Of a stretch of 64,000 bases of DNA, positions 1 to 11,200 are shown piece by piece; position 1 is the first letter of the stretch, and every line of letters starts with the position of its first letter. Position numbers and translations under genes: made by a program. The notes beneath the pieces were generated by a model. The model was not told where the DNA came from and searched no databases. It worked only from the letters and a program-made list of their open reading frames with translations. Source of the DNA: Octopus sinensis (Eukaryota); assembly GCF_006345805.1 (NCBI RefSeq), contig NC_042997.1, forward strand, positions 204,786,001 through 204,850,000. The letters are read 5' to 3'.

Positions 1-260
1 TCCTGTTGTACTCTTTCACTCCAACTTTCTCTCACTCTTTCTTCCTGTTCCTTGTCCCCAACTTCCTACGCAACCATTGAGCCTGGATGCGCATTCATCT
101 ATCCGTCGATGCTCTTGGTGTCAGGGGTTGACCTGTTTTCTCTTCTGCAGGTCTTACAAATTGCAAAGGACCACGTTTCGGACTTCTACAGACAATCCTG
201 AGGCACGATCTTGCGAGCTCTGGGATGAAGACCGCTTCGCTCAACAAACAAACAAACAAA
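1..260 (+). mobile_element. 3' part of a SINE-like repeat with (CAAA)n tail
   Basis: Shares CAACTTTCTCTCACTCTTT with the tRNA-headed element at 61965-62262 and ends in a simple-repeat tail. Confidence 0.5.
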
Positions 261-411
261 CAAGCAGCAACAACAACAATAGCAACTACTTTTCAGTGAT
301 CTTCAAGATATGGTATAAAGTTAAAACAATTTACCATTTACTGGTGCCAAATCATCTGTGTGAAGTCTGTATTTACTAACTGGCTTGTGTATAAATTTCA
401 TTTTCTCGTAG

Positions 412-517
412 ACTCTACTGTCCAGTCCATACAAGGGAGTCCTCTTTAAATGTTCAAGATAATAAGCTAGAAGCAAGAAATAAATGCAATCAGATGCAAC
501 CAAATACAATCCTGTAG
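412..517 (+). CDS. Candidate terminal coding exon (LYCPVHTRESSLNVQDNKLEARNKCNQMQPNTIL*)
   Basis: TACTAAC branch-point match at 374-380, pyrimidine tract and AG at 410-411. One frame is open to TAG 515-517, followed by AT-rich sequence. No homology confirmed. Confidence 0.3.
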
Positions 518-1089
518 TTGTGCAATTATATTGTAATTTACACTATCGATTATTAATTAATAGACAGGCATGAGCAAGACTAAGAAAAACCACTCAAGTG
601 TGCCATTGTGCTTTTATCAGTTCATCTCCTATGAGATTGTCTTATCTTTTTATGACTTGATTAAAGATATATCTTTATCAAAGCAAAAATAGTAACAGCT
701 CATTGTATATTTATCAAAATAATTATTTTCTTATTTTTTATTCTTTTATATGTGTTTTATGTATGATTAACTATACATAGGTCCATTACCTATATCAAAA
801 AAATGAACTGTATCCATTCCATGGCATTCCAAACTATAAAACCTTGTATACAACCAGCTACAGGCAAATAATGAGATGCATTATTATCAGACCAAGTGAA
901 ACTGAGTTCTGAAAAGTTTCCTGGCAAGACACATCTGCACCAAAGGATACATCACAACCAGTTGTCCAAAATCTTGCATGTGAGAGATGGTCCAAGGTGG
1001 GTTGAAATGAATGTTATGATTATTAAAGTGTCTTGTGAACTCCCTTTTCTCTTTCTCTCATTTGTTTTACATATATATATATATATATA

Positions 1090-1293
1090 GTTAATCCAAA
1101 CATGACAACACAAAGAGAAAACACAACAATGTAAGGACGTGGAACAAGTATAGTGTTATTGGACACTCAAGAAAGGAAGGAAAGAAGGAGGATTAAACGT
1201 TTCAAGTGGAGCTTTTCATCAGAAACATAGGAAAAGGAAAGATCCAAAGAAGGGAAGACAGAGGAAAAAAATCGCCAACGATACACACACGGT

Positions 1294-1295
<2 letters not shown>
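1090..1295 (-). mobile_element. Penelope-like terminal-repeat remnant with decayed hammerhead core
   Basis: The minus strand reads GTTT-CTGATGA-A-AAG-CTCCA-CTT-GAAAC-GTT-TAAT (about 1192-1226). Confidence 0.55.
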
Positions 1296-1352
<57 letters not shown>

Positions 1353-1642
1353 ATGTATATATATATTATATATGTATGTATCTATGTATATATATATATA
1401 TATATGTATGTAGTATCTATGTATATATATATATATATGTAGTATCTATGTATATATATATATATGTATGTATGTATCTATATATATATAAAATTAATAT
1501 GAACAGTAGTTTGCAATTTTTCACCAAAAAGGAAAATGTCACTAAATATGACTAGGATGTTAGAGAAACATTTACATTGCTAGAAATAAGTGCCAAAATG
1601 CTTTAATGCTGTAGTTAATGCACACGAATAAAAACATATCCA

Positions 1643-1750
1643 CTAACAGGGATCATAATCGTCTGGAAAGTGCTGATTGAGAATTCTTGATACTGATGCG
1701 TCAGTTTCAGTAATTTTCATTACCGTATCAGTTAAACCTGCTTGTGTTAA
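1643..1750 (-). CDS. Candidate terminal exon (LTQAGLTDTVMKITETDASVSRILNQHFPDDYDPC*)
   Basis: ctaatgctgtag acceptor, 35 sense codons to TAG, non-repetitive composition. No homology recognised. Confidence 0.25.
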   Translation of the reverse strand, partial: LTQAGLTDTVMKITETDASVSRILNQHFPDDYDPC

Positions 1751-1949
1751 CTACAGCATTAGAGCATTTTAGCTCTTATTTCTAGCAATGTATGTGTTTT
1801 TCTAATACCTTAGTTGCATATTGGAAGCAGAAATGGCCATAAGAAATGGTATGTCATAGAAATGTTGTCATGTTTTGATGTGGTCCAATTTGTTTGTTGA
1901 TCAAAAGTTTTCTCCATTTTCTGATTATTGAAATTTTACACATATATAA

Positions 1950-2114
1950 GACGCAGGAGTGGCTGTGTGGTAAGTAGCTTGCTTACCAACCACATGGTTC
2001 CGGGTTCAGTCCCACTACGTGGCATCTTGGGCAAGTGTCTTCTTCTATAGCCCCGGGCCGACCAATGCCTTGTGAGTGGATTTGGAATATGGAAACTGAA
2101 AGAAGCCTCTTGTA

Positions 2115-2167
<53 letters not shown>

Positions 2168-2375
2168 ATATGTTTGTTTGTCTGTGTTTGTCCCCCTAGC
2201 ATTGCTTGACAACCAATGCTGGTGTGTTTACGTCCCCGTCACTTAGCGGTTCGGCAAAAGAGACCGATAGAATAAGTACTGGGCTTACAAAGAATAAGTC
2301 CCGGGGTCGATTTGCTCGACAAAAGGCGGTGCTCCAGCATGGCCACAGTCAAATGACTGAAACAAGTAAAAGAGT
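1950..2375 (+). mobile_element. tRNA-derived SINE family A (about 420 bp, internal TA/TG microsatellite)
   Basis: A-box-like TGGCTGTGTGG, B-box-like GGTTCAGTCC, 3' end CAAATGACTGAAACAAGTAAAAGAG. Many paralogues in the window. Confidence 0.85.
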
Positions 2376-2906
2376 ATATATATCTCTTATTATAAAAGGC
2401 AGATTTTATCTGCCTCCCTTTGTCACTTATAGAAATCTACAATATAGGATTTCTTCAATTACAATTTACCTAGCATTTTTAAGAGTAGAATGCATCGGGT
2501 CATGCCAGGTCCAGTTTTTAAAATTTAAACTCCAATTAAGCAAAATTTACAGAAAACTCACATTCTGGTGTGTATGTCAAATGCTTTTCTTAGTCTGGTT
2601 TACAGCACATGCAAACGCACACACACAGTGTGCAACGAATAAAGTGAAACTAATTCACTGTGCGTGTGTTGACAGGTAGACAATAGAATGCGATGGCGAT
2701 GTAATATTTGTTTCTGTCTATCACGCTGATAGATACATGAGTAAAATGTATGGCAAGCTAAGAGATAAGAGTCAGTGAAAATGTTCTTGGAAGAGAGTAA
2801 ATAGCGACAGAGTGATTTGAGGAAGACTAAACTGAAAGTATGAAACAGTGTTTATGTATAAACAGACGACACTTATATATAGTTATTAATAAATGTATGC
2901 ATCCGT

Positions 2907-3234
2907 TTAACCCTTTCGTTACCAAACCGCCCGAATTTACCTATTCATATTTAAATGAGAATATCAGAGTAAATCTCTTTAGTACATTCGTGAAAACACG
3001 TATTATACTTCGTAAACACTTCAAATACAGTTTTGTACAAAAATCGATAAGTAATTTTAATTCCGTGAATTATGGGAGATTTTTTTCCGAAATTTGTTCC
3101 TATTGTGTTTTCAAAATTTGTAATTCTGACAAAAAATGGATACGAATTTCATTATATCAAGCAGCGAGTCAGAATTCGAAGGATTTTCTACTGAAGACCT
3201 TCATAAATCTAACTCTATGACTGAAAAAAAAAAG
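2907..3234 (+). mobile_element. piggyBac-like DNA transposon 5' end, interrupted by a Helitron
   Basis: TTAA followed by CCCTTTCGTTACC. Short acidic reading MDTNFIISSSESEFEGFSTEDL, typical of transposase N-terminal tails. Confidence 0.55.
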
Positions 3235-3236
3235 CA

Positions 3237-3631
3237 TCTTTATATAAGAGTGAAGTTGTGTGTCTGTCTCCTACGATTTAGATTCGTAACTACTCCCACA
3301 TTTTGCGGTGCAGTTTAACCAAAAGCGGGTATCTTATCGTCATGATTCATATCGAGCCCTTCTGGGTATTAGCGCGCGTCTACGATGAGTCTACGATTTA
3401 AAAAAAATTTACCATCATATTTTTCCATTTTAATGCATTTTTTTCGCTTTTATATAAGGGAAGTAACTCTCTAAAATTATCTACGATGTGTCAACGATTT
3501 AAAAAAAAATTTACCTTAATTTTTTTTCAATTTTTAATGCATTTTTTTGCTATTTTTTGGCTATAACTCTCTAAAAATGCTTATATAGTTATTTCCCTTA
3601 CAACCCGAGCAACGCCGGGCGATACTGCTAG
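3237..3631 (+). mobile_element. Non-autonomous Helitron
   Basis: 5' TC preceded by A, subterminal GC hairpin CCCG-AGCAACGC-CGGG, 3' CTAG followed by T. Internal duplication of about 105 bp. Paralogue at 23746-24139. Confidence 0.88.
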
Positions 3632-3983
3632 TATATATATATAGATGGCAAAATGTCTGTGTGCGTGTCCCTTATACAAATCCACAATTTTTCAGTTAGA
3701 GGGCTCGCACTTTCTATGGTCATTCAAAACCGTCCAAGGGTGGTCGTGCACATCTTTACATTTCCCCAGTCACCCCGCAAATCCATTAAAAAATCAATAG
3801 AAGTGACTTTTTTGTGAATTTTCTATCCAAAACCCAATTAAACTTGATACGCCAATTGAGTGCCTGCTAGCTGTATGTGATTGGTTGGAGATTTGGACAG
3901 TACTCACATGTATGTGTGCACACACGCAGCTGTATATGCATGCACTAGCACTATGACCCGGCGTTGCCAGGTCATTGTGCTAG
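3632..3983 (+). mobile_element. Second non-autonomous Helitron (different family), directly in tandem with the first
   Basis: Ends with hairpin TGACC-CGGCGTTGCCA-GGTCA and CTAG|T at 3980-3984. Confidence 0.75.
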
Positions 3984-4004
3984 TATACATATATATATAT
4001 ATAA

Positions 4005-4340
4005 AGGGTAAAGACCCCCTTCGGTCAGGCACTGACCATGGGTTTGCACCTAGAGAGATACCCTCTGAGGCACAAGTCTGGGCAAGGTTGTTTTATGGAA
4101 GACCAGCAATCGCCCATGCATACCGGCCTCCCCTCTCCACGTCACCGATGTTGTCCAAGGGAAAGGCAAGGGCCGATACAGCTTGGCACCTGTGACGTCG
4201 CAACTCATTTCTACAGCTGAGTGAACTGGAGCAACGTGAAATAAAGTGCCTTGCTCATGAACACAACACGCAGCCCGGTCCGGGATTCGAGCTCACAACC
4301 TCACGATCGTAAGCTCGACGCTCTAACCACTGAGCCATAT
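4005..4340 (-). mobile_element. tRNA-derived SINE family C
   Basis: Minus-strand head TGGCTCAGTGGTTAGAGC...CTCGAATCCCGG, then the core GAGCAAGGCACTTTATTTCACGTTGCTCCAG. Related pieces near 35.7 and 61.2 kb. Confidence 0.8.
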
Positions 4341-4734
4341 GTACATACTTACACATATATATGTATATATATATATATAGGCATATATGGGTACAGGATG
4401 ACATAGAATGTAAACAACATGAAATATGAAATACGTAAACATGGAATATGATCTTTTTTGGCGAACAACAAAAGAAACAAATGGAAAACAAGACAAGTAA
4501 CATAACGAATGACCCTTCATCATATCATTTTGTAAGAATAGTGATGATAATCTTCACTACAAACTTCATAAAATTATAATAAGTATGTATTCAACAAAAA
4601 ACAATCTCATTGATGTGTGTGTATTTGCATGCATGTGTGTGTGTGTGTGTGTGTGTTTATGAATGTCTCTTTGTCTTGACATTTACAAAACTGTGATGTC
4701 ACAGGTGGGAGAGCAAAGGAGGAACCTAGTTTCA

Positions 4735-6602
4735 ATGTGGCTAGACTCTGTTCCTCACTCATGGATTACAGAAACTTTCAACTTGCTAAAGTTCCAGTGA
4801 GAATAGTCAAAACCATAACTGACTTGACATCATTGTGGGCCGCTATCTTGAAATTAAACACAAACAGTGACTGTACTATCACTGACAGAATACAGTGTCA
4901 CAAAGGCATATTCCAAGGGGACAGCCTCTCTGGGATGTTGTTTATACTTTCTGAAAACCCTTGTCATTCATGTTAAGGAAGTCTGAAGAATATCTCACTG
5001 GTTCACAAGGAAACAGACATGCCAAAACTACACACTGTTTCTTTGTGGTTGGTTTCAAACTATATGCCATGAATGTGTATGAGATGAAAAAAAAGCCTTG
5101 GCCTAGTTACGACATTCTCAAAGGAAGTAGGGTTGGAGTTTGGTCAGGATAAATGTTATAAGGTTGTGAAAAGGGGTAAAACTATAAACCAGACCAACAA
5201 CATTTCCGTCAATCATTTAATTGATTCCTCTATATCTGATGAGGAATATTACTGATATCTGGGGGTGCATGAATACATATCTTATATTGGCACCTGTAAC
5301 AAAACACATGCCACAAAAGACTATCACAGCCAAATAAAGAAAATTTAGACCTCAGAACTCTCTGCATTCAATGAAACAGTGGCCCACAATGTGTTTGCAG
5401 TGTCAGTGTTCATACCAACATTTGTGCTGCTTGATTGGATGCTCGATGAGATCTGAGCCATTGATGTGAAATCCCAGAAAATACTAACAAGCACACATAA
5501 TTTCCACATAAACAGTGATGTAGACTGCCTCTACCTAAAGCGAAAACAAGGCAACAGTGGTTTGACATTGATCCAAAACGCCTTTCAATGTCACATAATA
5601 TACTTTCAGTAACATCTTTTACACACCAAGTGTTGAAGTCCATGTCTTGACAAAGTTTGCATCCACGAGTCTGATAACATCATAAGACTTGGAAGGCAGC
5701 TTCTTGAGCAGCATTCCTTGTCTGAGAACCTAGAATACATACTCAAATAAGTTGCACAACTCTACTGCAACGTATCATCAGATGAAAGGATGAGCCTATA
5801 TGAGCAGAAGACTATGCATGGTTATGTTAATATATTTCTTTACTGCCCACAAGGGGCTAAACATAGAGGGGACAAATAAGGACAGACAAAGGGATTAAGT
5901 GGATTATATAGATCCCAGTGCGTAACTGGTACTTTATTTATCGACCCCGAAAGAATGAAAGGCAAAGTCAACCTCGGCGGAATTTGAACTCAGAACGTAA
6001 CGACAGACGAAATATGGCTGCGCATTTCGCCCGGCGTGCTAACGTTTCTGCCGAAAGCTCCATGATGATAGTAACATCGAGCATCAAAGCTTTCCATCAT
6101 AGAGGCCAACTGCCCTGTAGATATGAATATCTCTTTGAAAATCAAAGAAAAAAGGATATCTATGGACAACTGCTTTGAAACCTCCAGCTTCTATATCCAG
6201 ACTATGAATTCATATTCATACCAATAATAATTGGAGCACTAGATTTTGTTAGTAAATGCTTAAAGGAGAATCAGGATAAACTGGGATTTTCAGAAAGAGA
6301 AAGTGACCAGCTAATTCGTACATTACAAGTTCAATCTGTGAGTGGAACAGTAAAAATATGCAAAACTTTTCTTAAGTTCCAAATGTGTATTTGTCTGTGT
6401 TAACTACATACCAAAAATAGAGCCTTGTATTTTTGTTGGAAACCAGCTCCCTCCTCAGTGGAAGATTTATAATAATTAAGAAATAGAAGAGACATATATA
6501 CAAACAAAAATATCCTGTTGTTGATGTTGAAATTCCAGTGAAGGTTAAAAACTGGCTCTTCCTCTATTGGCAAGAAATCTTGAAATAAAACTGAACAACG
6601 AA
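4735..6602 (+). mobile_element. Decayed R4/Dong-like (restriction-like endonuclease) LINE, interrupted by a SINE, ending at a (TACA)n array
   Basis: GIFQGDSLSGMLF, LEFGQDKC, DVDCLYLKRKQG, C-terminal IPIIIGAL and LQVQSVSGTVKICKTFLKF. Many stops and frameshifts. Confidence 0.8.
5833..6060 (-). mobile_element. SINE family B (contains ACTTTGCCTTTCATCCTTTCGGGGTCGAT core)
   Basis: Clear paralogues at 16388-16615 (-), 35455-35650 (+) and 38275-38688 (+). Confidence 0.85.
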
Positions 6603-6664
6603 ATACATACATACATGGATACATACATACATACATACATACATACATACATACATACATACAT

Positions 6665-6697
<33 letters not shown>

Positions 6698-6852
6698 TAC
6701 ATACACACACACACACATACATACACACACACGCATACATACATACATACACATACATACATACATACACACACACATACATACATATATACATACACAT
6801 ACATACATACACACACACACATACATACATACATACATACACACACACACAT

Positions 6853-6885
<33 letters not shown>

Positions 6886-6914
6886 TACATACATACATAC
6901 ATACATACACACAC

Positions 6915-6945
<31 letters not shown>

Positions 6946-6966
6946 TACATACATACACACACATAT

Positions 6967-6999
<33 letters not shown>

Positions 7000-7028
7000 T
7001 ACATACATACATACATACACACACACAT

Positions 7029-7063
<35 letters not shown>

Positions 7064-7092
7064 TACATATATACATACATACATACACACAC

Positions 7093-7123
<31 letters not shown>

Positions 7124-7152
7124 TACATACATACACACACATATACATAGAT

Positions 7153-7185
<33 letters not shown>

Positions 7186-7230
7186 TACATACATACATAC
7201 ATACATACATACATACATACATACATACAT
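6603..7230. repeat. Compound (TACA)n/(CA)n microsatellite
   Basis: Seen directly. It explains the spurious MYVC/HTYI ORFs. Confidence 0.99.
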
Positions 7231-7548
7231 AGACACATGCATAGATATGAATATATATATACACAAAGCAGTGTAAATCAGAACTGACATATATTTAAAT
7301 ATGACAAAGCCTTGTTGTGGGTGAACTAAAAATTTACATACATCCTTTGTTCCCTCACAATAAGGCTCTGTAGGATTTAAGTATATATATGCTTATCTGG
7401 GTGCCTGACTGCATGCCTACTTGCCTGTCTGTCTAAATATGTATGTATATATATCATGTATATATCTGTGTGTGTGTATATATATATACATATATATGTT
7501 GCATATATGGTAAAGAAATATACATATAGAATATGTGGGTAGTGCATG

Positions 7549-7662
<114 letters not shown>

Positions 7663-8229
7663 ATACATACATACATACATTATATATATATATATAGGTC
7701 AGTGCATAACAACAGAAGGGTTACATTAGATGTTATCCAACAGCAAAATATCTTTATGGGACTTCGCTATCAAATTACATATTAGTTTCTTCTAAAACAC
7801 ACACACACATATCTATGCATGTATAAAGCTTTGTTATTCTTTAACTTTCTGCTCCACCCACCAGGTTTTGGTTTTTTGGTTTCTCTTTAAGAAAGAATAT
7901 CTTTTAACTGAAATTCAACCATGAGATGTGGGAATTACTTGCATACTTTTACAATGTTTTTTGAAATTCAGTATGTTCAAGCTGTTTACATTTGTTCATA
8001 TATTGTTTCGTCTCTCAGAAACCCCTGATTTTCAAGACAACTTTTATAGCATTTTTAAACACAACCAACTTTACCAATGTGTGTTTATGTATACATATAT
8101 ATATATATATATATATATTCATATTTTTATGAATATATATATATATATATATATATTCATATATTCATATGATTCATATTTTTAAGCGTTGATCATAAAC
8201 CTAATCCCGTTTCTCTATTATCTATATCG

Positions 8230-11200
8230 CCATGTTGTCAACATGGCTTCCTGTCTTTTCAATTCCTTCTTGCTTTCAGGACCACCCTGTTATTCCATTC
8301 CCCAGAATTCCTTACAAAGTACCCTCTCGCTCCCTCTCATTTAAATTATGTTTTACTCACCCCCCCCCCCAATCCCTAACTCCTTATAAACCAGTGTACG
8401 ATTTATTTCGTCCCACTACTCGAGCTACTTGCTGACAACACGGATCTCAGAAATATGACCAGCTAAGCGATCTTAACTTTTAACCTGTGTAATATTCCCT
8501 ACGATTTATATTCACTTCGAGGCGCCCGCCCTCCCAGCCCCTCCACCAATACCGGAAGTTTCTACCTCTACCAATACCGGAAGTTTCTAACTCTCTCTTG
8601 ACTCCCCCCTCCGCGTATACATCCACTCGCACCCCTATGTCGGTTCTATTTGATCATATAGAGCAAAAACGGTGAAACGTATGCAGCTGTAGTCTCTCGC
8701 CCTCCACCAACACTGGTAGTTTTCTAACCCCGTCTTACTTTACTACCCCCCAACCGCACCCCCATGTAGGGTTTATTTGATCATATAGCGCAAAAACTGT
8801 GAAATGTATGCAGGTTATAGTCTAGTGTTTCAGTATGAAATCTGCCAAATGCAAGCTTTCTTTTCAGGTACATGACACGGCTGTCCCTCATCCCAGAGTC
8901 TCAGAGGCCCACACCTCCCACACCCTCAGAGTTGGCACACTCAATGTTGGCACATTGAAAGGTAGGTCTGGAGAGATTGTAGAGCTGCTTGAACGGAGAC
9001 GTGTGGATTTATGCTGCATCCAGGAAGTAAGGTGGAGAGGAGGTTCCGCTAGGCTCCTCACAGGCAAGGAACACAGGTACAAGATTTTTTGGGCAGGGAA
9101 CACTGACGGGGTAGGGGGCGTGGGTATACTTCTTGCGGAGAAATGGGTAGATATGGTAATCGAGGTAGTCAGAGTAAGTGATAGAGTACTTAAGATTAGA
9201 TTAGTGCTTCACCATAGGTCAGCTACCATCATCTCGGCATATGCCCCTCAACCAGGGCTACCGGAAGGACAGAAAGACCAATTCTATGACTCCCTATTGC
9301 GGACTACCTCGTTGACAAATGACAGTGACCTTCTCTTTGTGGCAGGTGATTTCAATGGACATGTTGGCCAGCATGTCGGGGGCTTCCATGGCGTTCATGG
9401 TAGCTATGGTTTTGGCTCTCGAAATGAGGAGGGAACCAGGCTGCTGGAGTACTGCGATGCAAATGACCTTATGGTTTGCAATACCAACTTCAGGAAACCC
9501 ACCTCTCACCTAGTCACCTACCGTTCTGGCAGACACACTAGTCAGATTGACTACATCCTCGCCAGAAAGAGGGAAAGAGGGCTGCTTATAAATGCCAAAA
9601 CCTTTCCAGGTGAAGAATGTACTCCTCAACATAGATTAGTAGTTAGCGACATCAGGATCAGAGCTAAATGGTTGCCCAGAAGAAGACCAGCTTGGAGGAG
9701 AAGGGTCTGGAAGCTTAAAGATCCTGCAAATGGACAGAGATTTAGAGACATACTACTCGAAGCCTTTGACGAAATAGAAGGGGATATAGCTTCACTTAAT
9801 GTGGAAGACAACTGGAGATTTCTACGGGACAATCTGCTGACAGCCACTGACCAGATCTGTGGATGGAGCAAAGTCCCGTCTCGACCCAGAGTAACGTGGT
9901 GGTGGAACAATGTGGTGGACAGGGCTATTAGACAAAAGAAACAGGCTTGGAGGGACTGGAAGAACGGTGGTAGCAGGGAATTGTATCAGACAGCCAGAAG
10001 GGAAGCTAGGAGACAGGTTTATTTAGCCAGGGGGGAAGCGGATAAGAAAAAATTTGCCAATGTTCTGAGCCGTGAGGATGAAAGACTTGAGGTATTTCGT
10101 GTTGCAAGACAGTGTGTGAGAGAGAATCGTGATGTGGTAGGAGAGAAGTGTGTTTGCATGGATGATGGTTCACTTGCGCTAAATGAGGATGCAAAGAGAG
10201 AGGTTTGGAGATGCCACTATGAAAGGTTGCTGAATAAAGAGAATGAATGGGATAAAGAGAGTCTGCCAAATGTTGACCCAACAGAGGGACCAGCTATCCG
10301 AGTTGATAGTTCCGTGGTAGCTAAGGTAATTAGAAGCATGAAGACAGGGAAAGCTCCAGGCCCTTCAGGAATTACTGCAGAGATGCTCAAAACATCTGGT
10401 AGTGTCGGTTATAGCCTAGTCACCCGTATAGTCAACCAGGTGATACACGAAGGAGTCATACCCAATGACTGGTGTAGCAGCATACTAGTCAACTGCTACA
10501 AAGGTAAAGGTGATGCCCTAGATACAAATAATTACAGAGGTATCAAGCTGTTGGATCAGGTAATGAAGGTTACGGAGAGGGTCTTGGCCCAACTAATTAG
10601 AGAGAGAGTTAGTTTAGATGAGATGCAGTTTGGGTTCGTGCCAGGGAAAAGTACCACTGATGCTATATTCCTGGTAAGGCAGCTGCAGGAGAAATACCTA
10701 GCCAAAGATAAGCCCCTGTACCTGGCTTTCGTTGACATGGAGAAAGCCTTTGATAGGGTCCCCCGATCCCTTATCTGGTGGTCAATGAGGAAACTAGGGA
10801 TAGATGAATGGCTGGTGAGGGCTGTGCAAGCCATGTACAGAGATGCCATAAGTAAAGTTAGGGTTGGCAACATGTACACAGAAGAATTTAAAGTAGAGGT
10901 TGGGGTCCACCAGGGTTCAGTACTCAGCCCCCTCCTATTTATCATAGTCCTCCAGGCAATTATGGAGGAATTCAAGACAGGTTGCCCCTGGGAGCTCCTC
11001 TATGCTGACGACCTTGCTCTAATTGCTGAGTCACTATCAGAACTGGAGAAGTTCCAGGTGTGGAAGGAGGGTTTAGAATCGAGGGGCCTTAGAGTCAACC
11101 TAGCTAAAACCAAAGTACTAATAAGTAGGAAGGTAGACAATCCACAAATGTCTTCAGGAAAATGGCCCTGCTCGATCTGTGGAAAAGGTGTAGGTAGAAA

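Noticed and set aside
890-997. C2H2 zinc-finger-like KTHLHQRIH in a possible plus-strand exon
   Set aside because: No Cys pair, no second His at the right spacing and no TGEKP linker.
4270-4340. tRNA genes (also 25213-25285, 61965-62035 and family A heads)
   Set aside because: Acceptor stems are poor and each continues into a SINE body, so these are tRNA-derived heads.
4983-5015. Other CTGANGA matches (3191, 4983, 5237, 14823, 18918, 36570, 55689 etc.)
   Set aside because: No stem II plus GAAA plus stem I arrangement. Most lie within LINE or transposase coding remnants.
6400-7290. Long ORFs (221-296 aa) on both strands, and similar ones at 20.7, 40.5-41.2, 47.9-48.6 and 53.5 kb
   Set aside because: They are translations of stop-free (TACA)n/(CA)n microsatellites.
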